Notes under the pieces: generated by a model | What the model was told of the DNA's origin: nothing | Database searches by the model: none | The model's input: only the letters and a program-made list of their open reading frames with translations | Made by a program: the position numbers and the translations under genes | Origin: Syncephalis fuscata S228 | Lineage: Eukaryota > Fungi > Zoopagomycota | Direction of reading: 5' to 3' | NCBI GenBank assembly: GCA_025786725.1 | Contig: JAHLTZ010000081.1 | Location: 1 to 32,167, forward strand | DNA: 32,167 nt | Shown: in pieces, positions 1-13,700 of the stretch | Position numbering within the stretch: the stretch's first letter is position 1 | How the letters are laid out: each line of letters starts with the position of its first letter

Positions 1-5
1 ATGAT

Positions 6-3000
6 ATGAATACACGTCAAGATGACGTCAGTATGGTGGTACCACCTGTTACATCTAATGATATATATTCAAATAAGGATAGCCTAAGTGGAAATACCGG
101 ATTAAATAGTAATCAATATGAATCACGTCAATTGTCACCATCAAGAGATCAATTACAGAGACAGTCATCGCCTATCCATAGTGTGGAGAGACGTAGTAAT
201 TATAGTAATGACTATACGGATAGACCAAGAGATACATATAATGATGAAGATGCTGAACAAGATAGATCAATGAATAGACAACAACACAGACCGGGATCTA
301 GACAGCCATCTCATACTGGATCACATAGTGGATCACATACTGGATCTAATCTAGGATATGATAGATCATCAGCTCATTCATCGTCAACACCATCATTTAC
401 AGATCCATCTCATTCACCATCACCACCACCGTCTACTATAACAATAACACCACCACCAGTAAAGACACCAGAGTCAAGAGGTCCACGGAGATTAGATCGT
501 AGTTTGAGAACGTCTAACAACACATCAATGACACCGTCTAGAACAACACCTATGAGATCATCTATACATCCGCCAGTTCATGTATCTACTCAGCGTGATG
601 ATTATAATAATTCAATGACAAGACCGTCACCGCCTATAGTTAATTCACCTAATCGATATAACAACGATGATACTAGATCCAATTATAATGATCGTGACAT
701 TGATACTAGATCAAATATTGGTTTCAATGATCGCAATATCGATAATAGTCGATACAATAATAATTACAACAACCGTAATATTGATACTAGATCCAATGCT
801 GGTTTTAATGATCGTGATTTTGATACTCGTTCTAATGTCGGTTATAATGGTCGCAACATAGATAACAGTCGATATAATAATGCTTACAATGATCGTAATG
901 ATGATACTCGCTCTAATATGGGTTACAATGACCGTAACAGTAACAATTACAATGATCGTAATATTGATACTCGATCTAATCACAATGACCGTAATGATAA
1001 TAGTCGATACAACGACTACAATGATCGAAACTTTAATACCAGATCTAACTACAATGATCGTAATGTTGACACTCGTTCTAATGCCAATTACAACGATCGT
1101 GATTTCGATACTCGTTCTAATACCCGTTACAATGATCTTAATGTTGATACTCGTTCTAATACCCGTTACAACGATCGTAATGATGATACTCGTTCTAATA
1201 TGGGTTACAATGAGCGTAACAGCAACAATTACAATGATCGTAATATTGATACTCGATCTAATTACAATGACCGTAATGATAATAGTCGAGTTGATACATC
1301 ACGTGATCCATATAGTAGAGATCCAGCACCTCAACCATCATACAATACAGCTACAGATCAACCATATGATTATATTGGACATGATGGCCTATTGGAGAAT
1401 AGATTTAATGATGGCAGTCAATACGAACGCAATTCAAGACAACATGATAAAAGTGTATTTGACCAAGATGATAATGTACCTAAATGGGATATGGTTTCTA
1501 ATATTAATGGTGCCATTGCCCGTTACATTGAACAGTAAGTATAACGCGAGTATAGATATAGATACTACAAATGCTAATATATTTATAGCTTTATGAGATT
1601 GAATAATATGGAATTGGAAGAGGAAGAGAATAAAATGGATATGCGTATTCATCAATGGGGTATTCATCGATTACAAGAAGAGGGCCTTGTTCTATTAGAT
1701 ATGCAAGGTGAAATGCAGAGTAAACTTTATAGCATGCATGTTATTGTATTCCGTCCATCTAGAGGTAGAAGACTGCCTTATAATAACTTTATGCAAGGTG
1801 ATATGCTTAAAGCATCTAGAGATTTACCGACAGATGAATGTGCATGGGATATGACTGTATTGAATAAGACGGCGAATGAATTGCATGTTATCACGCGTAG
1901 ACCGCCTCCAGATCTACATGAGGATGTGTGGCGACTTGATCAAGCCTTTTCACCTATTCCCTATCAACGGTAATAGATATATGTTAGTGTATATATAAGT
2001 GTATACTAATTTTTGATATAGAACGGAAAAGGCTTTACTTTCATTGTGTCAGACAGGTACAGGCAGTGATGTACACGAGCGGGATAGACGACGTGAACGA
2101 CAAGCACAAGAACAGCAAGATTATGAATCAGATAGAAATTACATGAAGACAGTCGATAATCCACGTCCATTAAAGAAAGAAGGAACAGCATTTATTGGCA
2201 CCACATTACGTGATGTACTTGTAGCCAGTGATACACGTGCACTTGCTGGTAAGTGTACATAGATATACATAGAAATACATATATATTAATATATTTACCA
2301 TTTAATATATAATAGCTCAACCTTCGGGTCTGTTCGATAATTATCCTCAGATGCAAGAATGGCTTAAGGGACCGGCTGATGAATCAGAAATTTTACGTAA
2401 TTCTAATTTAATGAATAATCATGATCAACCACCTAAAGAAACAAAGGCACTTAATCGTTCGCAGATATCTGCAGTTAAATTGGCATTAAATAATAGATTT
2501 TCATTAATTGTTGGTGTAAGTAATTAATAATGATTAAGATATTAAGATATTAGAGTAGTAATAATAATAATAATAATATTTATTTATTTATTTATAACTT
2601 ATTTATATTAGCCACCTGGTACGGGTAAAACAACGGTAAATGATTTTATTTGTATTTAATTGATTAATTAGTGAATTATTAACTTTTTAATTTAATTATT
2701 TTTTACTTATCAATATAAATAGACAACAGTTAGATTGGTGCAGGTTGTACGTAAACTGACTAATGCTGAAATTCCTATTCTGGTTTGTGCCAAGACTAAT
2801 GTGGCCGTTGATAATTGTAAGTTATATTAATAAATGCAATATACAATATATAATAGTAATGGACTTTAATGGATTTTAATGGATTTTAATGGCTATTTTG
2901 ATAGTATTGGATGGTTTATTGGCAGCAGGTGTTGATGCTATTAGAGTTGGTGTAGTGGCCCGTGTTCGTACTGATTTACAGCATGCTACATTGGATGCAG

Positions 3001-4484
3001 AGATGGAAAAGCATCCACAATATAATCAATTAAAGAAATATCAAGATCAGTTGGAACGATTAAGAGGAGCAGCAAAAAACCAAGAGAAGAAAGGCCGCGG
3101 TAAGTATAGTATAATATTAATGAGTGAATGAATGAATGAATAACAATCCAATACTTAATATAATAGCACTTAAACAATTAAAGACCGGTACTCAGAAAGT
3201 GGATCTTTTAAGTACAGATATTGTTAAAGATGTATTAAGTAAGAATCAAGTGGTTTGTGCTACTTGTATCGGTGCAGGATCTGGTCAGCTTAAAGTAGGT
3301 GATGATGATGATGACAATAATAATGAGTCATGACTATAGAAATGGTTAATTAATACATTTTATTGAAAAAAGGGCTATCGATTTTCATTAGTTGTTATTG
3401 ATGAAGGATCTCAGTGTACTGAACCTGAATGTGTTATTCCATTAGCTAAAGGTGCTAAACATGCTATTATTGTTGGTGACCACTGTCAATTACCACCGGT
3501 GATTGTAAGTCGTGACGCTGGCCGACAAGGACTTAACTTTTCGCTATTTGACCGTTTACTAAGACGTGGTAAGATTAGTGGCTATATAATAATGATACAC
3601 TTATATACCTATATCTATTAATGTATTTAGAGGTGCCAAGTGTGATGTTGGATGTACAATATCGTATGCATCCTAGTATTTGCGCATTTCCTAGTGAAAT
3701 GTTTTATGATGGCCGACTTAAGAATGGTATTGAGCCACACGATAGACCAGTACCTATTCTACCTTCATTACCCGGCCTACCCGGTAGTGGTATGGTTGAT
3801 TTTGTATTACCGCCCGTGCTCTTCGTTGATTTGAAAGAAGGCACTGAAGCACGTATCAGTAATGGATCAGTTAAGAATGAACGAGAAATTGATATGGTTA
3901 TCCATTTATTACACGACTTAATGGATCATAATCAAACATTGTCACTGCGAGATATTGGCGTTATTACATTTTATGCTGAACAGCGTCGATCGATTCAAGA
4001 AGCAGTTCAAGATGATAAGATATTATTAAGAAATACACAGCCCAACTATAATGGTCGTGGCAATCGCCGTTCACCCAATAACAATAACAACAATAGTTAT
4101 CGCCAATCACAAGATGTACGTAGTTATGCCAATAAGAAGGATAATCTAATGGGCATCGCTGAAGAAGATTTACTTGAAGTACATACCGTCGATGGATTTC
4201 AAGGAAGAGAAAAGGAGGTCATTATTATGAGTACGGTACGAGCCAATCATCGTGGTGTGATTGGTTTTCTTAATGACTGGCGTCGACTTAACGTGGCCAT
4301 TACACGTGCCCGTCGTTTATTAATCATTGTGGGTAATGTAAGCACATTGATTTACGACGAGCACTGGGACGGTCTTATTAAGAGAACGTCTGAAAGTGTA
4401 GATGCGGCCATTATTCATGGCGATACGTATTTGGCCGATAAAGAACAGGCCAGAGGACATTCCACAATGCGTGTTCGTTATTAA
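6..4484 (+). CDS. UPF1-like (DNA2/NAM7 family) superfamily 1 helicase with long low-complexity N-terminus; multi-exon, may begin upstream of the window
   Basis: Manual splicing gives approx. exons 6-1534, 1589-1969, 2022-2248, 2316-2515, 2612-2635, 2723-2816, 2905-3099, 3167-3294, 3373-3568, 3632-4484. SF1B motifs present: GPPGTGKTT, TNVAVDN, VIDEGSQ, GDHCQLPP, SLFDRL, LDVQYRMHP, TVDGFQGREKE, RRLNVAITRAR. No Upf1 CH zinc domain seen in the window. Confidence 0.9.
650..1300 (+). repeat. Coding tandem repeat, ~9-13 aa units of consensus YNDRNxDTRSN (about 20 units)
   Basis: Repeated TACAATGATCGTAAT...GATACTCGxTCTAAT; a ~120-nt block at ~886-1008 is duplicated at ~1167-1290. Confidence 0.9.
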
Positions 4485-4767
4485 CGAATAGAGTATATCT
4501 AAAATACTACAGTTTAGATATATTCTAATTCGTTTATTTAGCTTTTTTCAATTTCTTTTCTTTTACATTTTGCCATTTATTAAAATTACTTTACATTGAT
4601 ACTTAATAGCCAATTATGCACTGTCTAGCTATATTTTTATTGATCGGGTATATACGTGCACCAGGCATATCATAGCAATTATTGACACGATAATAGTAGT
4701 GATGCTAATAAAAAGAGTACTAATAAAAACAACTGTGTAATAGTAGTAATAATAGCAATAATACTAA

Positions 4768-5666
4768 TTAGCGTCGTTCACTATACTGATTATTACTATT
4801 GCTGGTACTGCTATGATGACGTCGTTGATGGTGTGAGCTTGGTGATCTTGAACGAGAGCGTCGTCGTGATTTACTATGGCTTTCCCGTTCTTCGTGGTCA
4901 CGTGATCCACGTTGTGATCGTTTCTCGCGTACCGTTAATCGTTGTGCTTCTTCGAGTTCACGTCGAATGGCCCGACCTGGATGACGTAAATGCATAAAGT
5001 TGCAGAAACCACCACGATCACACTCGCCATTCTCGTATTGTCGACAGCAGGCCTCAGAGAAATCGGTTACAGGCGATAACTCCACGAATAATGGTCGACC
5101 TATTCAATAAATTAATTAGTATATATTAGTAAACATTCATATGTACTATATAACTTACCGGCATAGAATCGCTTGTTTAGTTCTTCCATGGCCCGTTGTG
5201 CGTCTTCTTCATATGCAAAGCGTACGTAAACATTACCGACTAAATGATCACCGACATTGTCGCATACACGCATATCTTCAACTTCGCCGTATTTGCAGAA
5301 TTCCATAAAAATATCCTCGTAGAACAGATCAAAGTGCGATTGCAATTGTTCTTTGTCTAGTTGGCAGTTAGGATCGAGTGCGGGATTCTGATAGAAGTTG
5401 GCAATAAGAACTGTTTGCGAAAAGTTTGGCTTGACATGTTTACGCGAACAGCGTTCGCCGTGTCGGCATGCACCGATCTTGAAGTAGAACGAGCAATTGA
5501 CTCTATGAGATGATTTAGCGGTTAGTCATAAAGCTTGAAATACGCGACGATTATATTTAATTATTCTAAAACAAATACTAATAATAACAGCAATCGCGAT
5601 CGCGATCAAAAAAGCTACTTACTTATCCTTTTCTGTACCGTAGATAGACGCAAGATGCTCGGCCAT
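4768..5666 (-). CDS. U2AF1: Splicing factor U2AF small subunit (U2AF35/U2AF1)
   Basis: Exons 5666-5623, 5502-5159, 5099-4768 give [37 protein letters not shown] (CCCH zinc finger 1), a UHM ([17 protein letters not shown]), [31 protein letters not shown] (zinc finger 2) and an RS tail. Confidence 0.97.
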
Positions 5667-6045
5667 GATAATAGCGTTAATCAGGTAAACAATACAAAAG
5701 TTACTGGGCAATTAAACAAATAAATGGAAGAAAGAAAGAAAGAGAAAGAGAAAGAAAGTACTGAATGAGTTGAGTTATCATTAATATTAATAATATTAAA
5801 ATAATCACACGATGATAACATTGCTTAATTATTAGTAATTGGAATCAAATTGTTTTAATAAATAAATAGTCTGTATAAATATTTGCAAGTGCTTTATTTA
5901 TAATCTAAATGTTTGTATCAATTTAAGCAACTGTAATATTTAATAAAAGGTATTCAAAAAACCTTTTGCCTACTTGCTTTATACACTATTGAGATAATAG
6001 ATTCATTTGTACAAGTATCTCTTATCGTTTCCAATTTATTTAATA

Positions 6046-6198
6046 TTAAGCAAAAAATGGACTGTGAATACGACCAGTGTACATGTCAATAAACCAATTT
6101 TAACCTCGTTTTTTTATTAATTATTGTACATAAAGATTCAATAAATGGAGTAAACTTAAGGTATGATGGAAATTCAGTTGAATGTAGTAGATTGCTAT
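6046..6198 (-). pseudogene. Frameshifted relic C-terminal tail of F-box-like copy A
   Basis: Past the stop at 6199, shifted frames read NSNLLHSTEFPSYLKFTPFIESLCTIINKK and then NWFIDMYTGRIHSPFFA*. These align to copy B RNGDLLRSIYCPFNSKPVPFIGSLCAMFDKDNGQNWFIDMHTGLIHGPSAS*. Confidence 0.75.
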
Positions 6199-8014
6199 TC
6201 AAGCATTCAAAATATCAAATGTCCCATCGCCATGGACAACAACTAACTTTTCACTATATAATTTTGCAATAGTTGTACAGTTTATAGTTCGAGTCCATAC
6301 TATACGTCCTTGGTCAGAACTATCGATTGGCAATAACTGGCCGAGATCTCTGGCGTCAAACATTGATTGGGACAAATCTTTTGACGAAGATTTCTCCAAT
6401 GCAAATAGCGATAATGAAGCTTTAAACGTGTGCATTGGATACCGCTCTTGCATTTTCCCATCATATACACTTATTAAACACATTCCTTCTGTATATGTTT
6501 CAGCCTTGATTATGGCATTCGAGCAATATGGAATGGTGATTTGATTTGATAATATTTTTTTGCACTGAGATTGGTCTTTTTGGACGTCAAATAATTCCCA
6601 TTGAACATGCATTAACCGATTGCTATTACTAAAAGCCGACAAACTTTGAGCAGTATAAGCTATATAAGTGGAGTCATACTCTATAGAGGTAGGCGCTAAT
6701 GTCCATATTAGCAATTGGCATTGGCCACTAGAAGCAAATTGAATACATGTACATGAGACATGGCTGCTTAATCTTGGCCCTTCTATCCACTGTTTTCCCA
6801 CCAAGTCAAGAAAATCAAACCTTTTGTGGAGATCTTGCATACTTTTAGTTCGTAAAAGGACATGGTTGTTGTAAATGCCAACTAAACAAGATACACCATG
6901 ACCTTCCCAACTTTGACTCTTGTCCTGAAGATAAATAATATTTGGAGATAAATAGCCAGCATCGGGCCATACTATAATAGCCTCTCGCAGGCTGCTTGTT
7001 CGTTCTTTTGCGGATTCAGTAGTCGAAGCAATAGATGGAGATTTGTCTAAATTGTTAGAAACCTCAAGCTTGTTTTCTTTAATATACTCCGCTTCCATTT
7101 CAGCTAAGTTTACTATTGTCAACTACATTAGTAAATACTACCGTAGTCACTAAAACTAATAATAAAAAATTACCTATTGGGTCGCCAATAGCCACACTGT
7201 TCACGTCATCATAAGTGTCCATAGAAATATGAGCCACAATGAATTGATTTACTCCATAGACTGAGTGGGTTTGCACTATTTTCTTGAATAAAGGCGATGC
7301 TAGAGAAGTAATCAATTCTCTTTCAATCAGCTGCTCGTCATTGTGTGTATTTTTTTGGTTAAAGAGATTGTACTGAATTGACCAAATTTTTGTTTCTTGT
7401 TTACACCACACCAACGTATACCAGCGATTTACTTCAACTAGCTCCAACTCAGAGTATTTATCAATTGGCAAATCGCATATCCACTTTTTGAATTGACCTG
7501 CCATAAGTTTGCGGTTGATATGTCGGCGCCAGCGATAGGCGTAAAACCAATTAATGGTATCAAGGTTAGAGACGGGTGGTAAATCGCCAACACGCAATAT
7601 AAGCTCATAATCATCAGTATCAATTGTTGTAATAGTATTGAAACTAAATACAGATGGTGGGTCGTCAACAGGTGATATAAGTTCATAATCAGCATCATCA
7701 GCTGTTATAACATTATATGTTGACAAATCTTCATGTGTTGTTTGGTTTACATTAAGTGAAGGCTTGTTTGATTCTTTTGCAGCATTAATGTGCCAGCTAT
7801 ACCATGTAAGCCAACTTTGTTCACGCTGATCACCTAGACAAAATTTGTATCTATATTGTTGTTCCCAATAATCAGGATGATCAACTATCATTTGATGAAG
7901 AAATCGACAGCACGTGGCAAAACGTACCACATCTCGCTCTTCCATAAAATTAAACAAATGCAATAAAACATCGTAGTTTTGCCAAAAGTACTTGTTATGA
8001 ATACTTGAAGCCAT
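6199..8014 (-). CDS. F-box-like protein, copy A (~584 aa, C-terminally truncated relative to copy B)
   Basis: The two track ORFs are joined in frame by intron 7173-7113 (GTAATT...TACTAAT...TAG). N-terminal F-box-like segment YDVLLHLFNFMEERDVVRFATCCRFLHQMIVDHPDYW. Near-identical to 15745-17713. Confidence 0.75.
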
Positions 8015-8300
8015 GGTTAACTAGAAATAGCTACGTCAAAATTGTTATATGATAGACAGAATGGATAGCAGGAAGTGTAAGTAGGAAGAAAAAGACATGT
8101 ATGCCTTTGAGTTGTTTTTGTCCTATTTAAAGTAAAATGGTTACATAATAGCGCATATTTACAATATAAATATTTTTATATTTAATAAAAACCAATAATA
8201 ATCAGTATTATTATATATTATATGTAGTTTAGAAAGTATTTATGACAAATGTTTATTCAAATAGCTGTGTTACTCCTAAATAATCAAATAGTGTGATTTA

Positions 8301-8411
8301 AAATGTTGCTGCGCATCAACTGTAGTGGGTATATGATAAAATGACACTTTGGCTGTGGATAAACTACTACTATCAAGACGTATAAGCATCTAAATTTTTT
8401 AGATAGTATTT
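8301..8411 (+). repeat. Diverged ~110-bp direct repeat, copy 1 (copy 2 at ~15160-15270)
   Basis: GCGCATCAACTGTAGTGGGTATATGATAAAATGACAC...ACTACTATCA vs GCGCATCAATTGTAGGCAATGTATGGTAAAATGACAC...ATTACTATCA. Confidence 0.7.
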
Positions 8412-8937
8412 GGTATAATTAGATTGTTACAATTTCAAAGCCTAGATATTGTAAAAAGTGGCTAAGCAATAGGAAATTGAAGGAAGAGCAATGATAATTT
8501 AGTCGCAATAAAGCAATTTTAACTGTGTTCTACTTGATTTCACGGCGATTCAGTCAAAGTACAGCTACTATCAACTAACTGATACAGTAGCTTGCTTGTA
8601 AAATTCTAATAATTTATTTTGTATAAAATTTAATTAAAATTAGTAATATTTTTCTTATATTCTGATATAATTATCGTGGATATCGGGTTTAATGGAAGGT
8701 AGGCTTTTGATGTTTTTAATCTTGTTTTTATTTATACTAAAGGCATAATTGTAAACTAAATTCTAAACATATTTTTCTTCTTTTATTGCGCATCTTATTT
8801 TTGTTAATATATAACGAAATAGTTTGATTGTATTTTATGATTTTATGGACAGTGTATGTGATCACATTATTGTACCTTTAGCGATAAGGCAGCATATGAT
8901 ACAAATATTGTGACGTACAGAAAAAACGTTATAGATA

Positions 8938-9231
8938 TTAAGGGGAAGGGGGTTGTGGTGGCCTAAACAGTCAACACGTCTTTTCTTGGGAGAAAAATGT
9001 TGGTTCGCTTAGTTTTAAATCTTGTTTTTAGAAAATGCGTTACGAAATCCTTCCGTAAAAGAAACGATTGATATTCCAACACGTAAGGAGAGCCACCAAC
9101 AGTTTCCGTTGTAAATGGCAGGTTCTGCGTTGCGCGCGGATAGATTCAAAATAAACCGTCTATTTTTCTATGGGTGGCAGGTAAATGCCGCAAATGCATG
9201 GTTAGGTTCCACGGGCCATTGTCTCGCTTAA
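8938..9231. mobile_element. Possible degenerate TTAA-bounded MITE-like element
   Basis: GC-richer ~290-bp patch in AT-rich intergenic DNA, bounded by TTAA (8938-8941, 9228-9231), with only weak terminal inverted similarity (TTAAG..GTGG..CCTAA.C). Confidence 0.2.
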
Positions 9232-10763
9232 ACTAATAAATTCAAATTCAAATACCTACTCTTGCAAGCGTTTAAATAATTCTTGGAGTTATTGATTAAA
9301 TCAACGAGTGTGTAGATATAAATATAATTAAGAAACTCACAATGCGCTTGCAAATATTTTATGTACAAACAATTAGCATTACAGAGTATAGTGGCAATAA
9401 AATATCGCCTAATCATTAGCGTTTACCTATTTAATTTTATACAAGTAACTGTGCTATTACATAGACACTTTGTAGTTTTATTTAATGTTATGTACAATGC
9501 TTTCTGTTTGCTGCGCTTTATTTCTGTTTAAAGTTATTGTTCTATTTGCATCAGCAACAGCCAACTTTTAATAAACGCAATCCAGCTTAGCCTAACTATA
9601 GCGATTTGCTATATGTTAAACCAGTAAATCTTTGAGCTGTCAATTGTTTTCCATCGATTTCTGATTTGGCTTGTTCCTCTATATTCCATTTTGCTTAACT
9701 TGTCAGAATTGGTTTTTAGAAATATGGGCAGCACTTAGGCCTTGGATGATTACCTGTTAATATGCAATTCATTGACATTATGCACTCAAAATTGCTGGTA
9801 TTTGTCTAGGATTGTTGATGTGCCAAGCCTCCGTTTACATGTTACATTGCATAGAATTTAGGCAATAAAATTTATTTTATAAACGAAAACTAGCAACAGC
9901 AGTGGTCAGCTGGAATGTCTTATTATTAAAAATACCGTGATGAATTACAGCACAACAATACTTATCGTATAGTCGATTCCAGGTATTTTAGATTGGTCGC
10001 CATTTGAATGATGCCAGTTGCACAACATGTAGCATGATATGCCTGAATGTGATGCATTGTGAATTCAAAACAACGATTACCCCTGTAACAATAGGCATAG
10101 TGTCGAATGAAATGCATACATGTATTAATCAACACACCTTGTATAATTTAAAGAATTACAGCTGATTTATGTATGACAGTAAAAACCTGTATAAAAGACC
10201 AGTTTGATACATTAAACTTGTTTTGCATCAGTGTTATGTTCTATTTTTGTATGTATGCGGATAGTGAAGACCAAATCGGTAGAAATGGCAGCAAAGACAT
10301 CATTATCGTTTTCACGAAACCAAGCAATATACTTGTTTTTGCCAAATATTTAAATCGTGTAACAGAAGATACAGACTAATATGCATATTTTATCACATGT
10401 ACTGGGTTATTACCATTACTGTGTCATTTGTGCAAATGCCGAGAAAATTGAAGTAAAGGCTGGACAGGCTGAAATCAAGACTGGGAAGCATGATGTCACA
10501 CCATGAATCTATTGGTACACTCGCACCTCAAACCATGATTTGGATTGCTTTATTGGTTCATATTATACATCAATGGTATATCTCGTATACTGCAGTATAC
10601 CAGTATCTCAGCATAGCCGTAAGTTTAAATAGCTTGCAAAATATACACAACCAACTGCGATATCATCATCACATTCTACTTCTTACTAAACACACACTAC
10701 TCCTTACTTTATACCAACCACATTCTACTATCTCTCTTATTTGTTTAACAAGTCGACATCACC

Positions 10764-13700
10764 ATGAAGCTTTCCATTGCCGTCATCTGCACTATCGTTG
10801 TGGCTCTTGTAGCCAGTACGGTCATGGTGGATGCTAATCCAGCTTTAGTTCGTCGTGGTATGTTACAATAACAATAAATATGACATATTATTATGCTTAC
10901 TAACAGCATTTTTAAACAATTATTATAATAGATCGTAAGTGATATTGTATATTATTTTATTTTTATTTTGAAAGCTTGTGGATCCCTACTATATATAATT
11001 GCGAATTTGTACTGCTTCTTCGTTTCTGCTAAATAATGTGGCGTTTTTTGAAACCAAGTGGGCCGCCACATTTTTGCGTAAAGCCGGTCCTGTCAATCTC
11101 ACACTGGGGCCGCTGTATTAATTGACGCCTTACCAGAGCTCCATTTAATATGGCCACAGATGTATTGCTTGTCTATGACTCTACTGGCTTTGACCTTTGT
11201 TACAGGACCTTTTTACACTCAGTAATACCTAATTGCTGGCTATTGCTGTTTCACTTTCTTCATGGCTTTCCTTCTTGCTGTGCTTGTTTTGTTCATTTCT
11301 CAGTATCTGCTTCGCATTCCCACATCTTTCTACTGCATCCGGTATGGGTTGGCTATTTGAAATCATTGTACTTGTTCTTATTGCCTATTATTGACTATAT
11401 AATTGCTATTATTTTATTTTATTTGTTTTCTTAATACTATTATTGTCTCTGGCTGGGCTTTTCTGTCTGACTCCATTTACTCTGCGCTGCACCTATTACC
11501 TTACTTTTTGGATCGCTGATTGCAAACGCGCTTATACTTGTCTGCACCTTCCTATTTTGTTTTGGTTGGTATTTTGTACTGTTATTTCCACGTTCTCCAT
11601 TGCCATATCACTCTCGTCACTATATTCTGTTCTTTGCTGACTTGGCACTTTACGTCTTCCTTTTCTTCTACTGATATTGCTCGCTCGTCTTCTAGCAGCA
11701 TCTCTTTTTTCCAATTACTTGAATCTCCACCACTATCTATCCCTTTCGGTTGGCGGTAGTATTATATATTAACTAACTATGCACCAATTATATATCATGT
11801 ACTGTATTCATCAACAACTTGATACTAATAGGCTGTAAGTTATATTGTATATTAATTGATTACTTACTAATTACATGTTATGCATCATGTGCATCAATGA
11901 CTTAATACTAATAGGCAGTAAGTAGTATTGTATATTACTGGCTTATATATTAATTATATACCATGTATTACGTATATCAATAACTTAATACCATAGAGGG
12001 TAAGTTGCATTGTGCATCCACTGATTATGTGCTAATTATATACCATGTATTGTATCAACAACTTAATACTAATAGATTGTAAGTTGTATTGTATATTAAT
12101 TGAGCATTGACTAATCACATGTTATACACTATATGTATCAATAACTTAATACTGGTAGGCGGTAAGTAATATTGTATATTGCTGATTTATAAATTAATTA
12201 TGTGCGATGCACTGTGTGTATCGATAACTTGATGGAATAGTTGGCAAGTAACATTACATATTAACTAAATATACGCTGATTATATCAATATATTGCGTGT
12301 GTATTAATGACTTAATATAAATAGGCGGTAAGTTGTATTGTATATTAATTGAACATTAGCTAATTATATATTGTCTGTTGTGCATACCAATAACTTAATA
12401 CTAATAGGATGTAAGTAATATTGTATATTAATTGAGCACTGGCTAATCATATATTATGCACCATGTATATTAATAACTTAATAATAGGTCGTAAGTAGCA
12501 TTATATGTGCTGACTTGTAAATTAATTATATAACATGCACTGTGTCCATCAACAACTTAATATAATAGGTCGTAAGTGATATTATACATTAATTGAATAT
12601 AAACTAATCATGCAATATATACTGTATGTATCAACAACTTAATATTAATAGATCGTAAGTAGTATTGTATATTAACTATATCATTTACTAATTGTATCAA
12701 TTATTTAATATTAATAGAACGTAAGTGGTATTGTACATTATTGGACTATACATTAACTATGCTGTTTACTGATTGTACTAATTATTTAACATTAATAGAA
12801 GGTAAGTAGTATTGCGTATTAATTGGGTATACATTAACTGCTATTTACTGTATGCATTAACAACTAAATATAATAGGTCGTAAGTAATAGTATATATTAA
12901 CTGAATATACATTAACTATGCTATTGATTGATTGTACCAATTATTTGATATTAATAGCTGGTAAGTTGTATTGTGTATTAATTGACTATACATTAACTAT
13001 GCTATTTATTGCTGGTATCAATTATTTAATATCAATAGACCGTAAGTGATATTGTATATTAACTGAATATACATTAACTATGCTATTTACTGATTGTGTC
13101 AATTATTTAATATTAATAGATTGTAAGTAATATTGTATATTAGCTGACTATACACTAATTATAATATTTACTGATTGTACCAATTATTCAATATTAATAG
13201 CTGGTAAGTGACATTGTATATTAACTGGCTATACATTAAAAATGCTTTTTACTGATTGTACCAATTGTTTAACATTAATAGATCGTAAGTAATATTCTGT
13301 ATTAATTATACATTAACTATGTTATTTACTAATTATTTAACATTAATAGGTCGTAAGTGATATTGTATATTAAATTTCTAATCACTAATTATGTGCTATG
13401 CACTATGTGTATCAATTATTCATATTAATAGCTAGTAAGTAACATTACATATCAACTGACTGCTCACTAATTACGTGTTATGCACTGTATGCATCAACAA
13501 CCTTATTAATAGGCTGTATGTGAAATTTTGTATCAATTAACTATGTACTAATCACATGCCGTTTATTGTATGCATCAATAACTTAATATGATAGGCAGTA
13601 AGTAACATTGTATATTAACTGATTATGCATTGATTATACCAATTATTTAACATTAATAGAACGTAAGCAATATTGTGTATTAATTGACTATACATTAACT

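Noticed and set aside
667-1667. Hydrophobic M/I/L/V/T-rich ORFs (667-861, 711-983, 880-1596, 1434-1667)
   Set aside because: Shadow frames of the NDR repeat and adjacent helicase exons.
2858-2900. 10-bp AATGGATTTT repeat (and TAA microsatellite near 2560)
   Set aside because: Ordinary intronic simple repeats.
4768-5666. U2AF1 as a dedicated partner of the nearby micro-exon gene
   Set aside because: The protein looks like a canonical housekeeping orthologue; proximity alone is not evidence.
6199-8014. Two separate overlapping genes or a programmed frameshift (also 15745-17713)
   Set aside because: A canonical 61-nt GT-AG intron with TACTAAT branch site joins the ORFs in frame.
10490-11759. 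Track ORFs 10490-10837, 11150-11434, 11443-11640, 11520-11759, 11532-11714
   Set aside because: Alternate frame over the 5' region of the peptide gene, or low-complexity frames in the intronic insertion; no recognisable motifs.
11751-11762. Extra micro-exon GCG before GTAGTA
   Set aside because: No upstream AG acceptor (preceded by TTG); it lies at the edge of the insertion next to the TSD.
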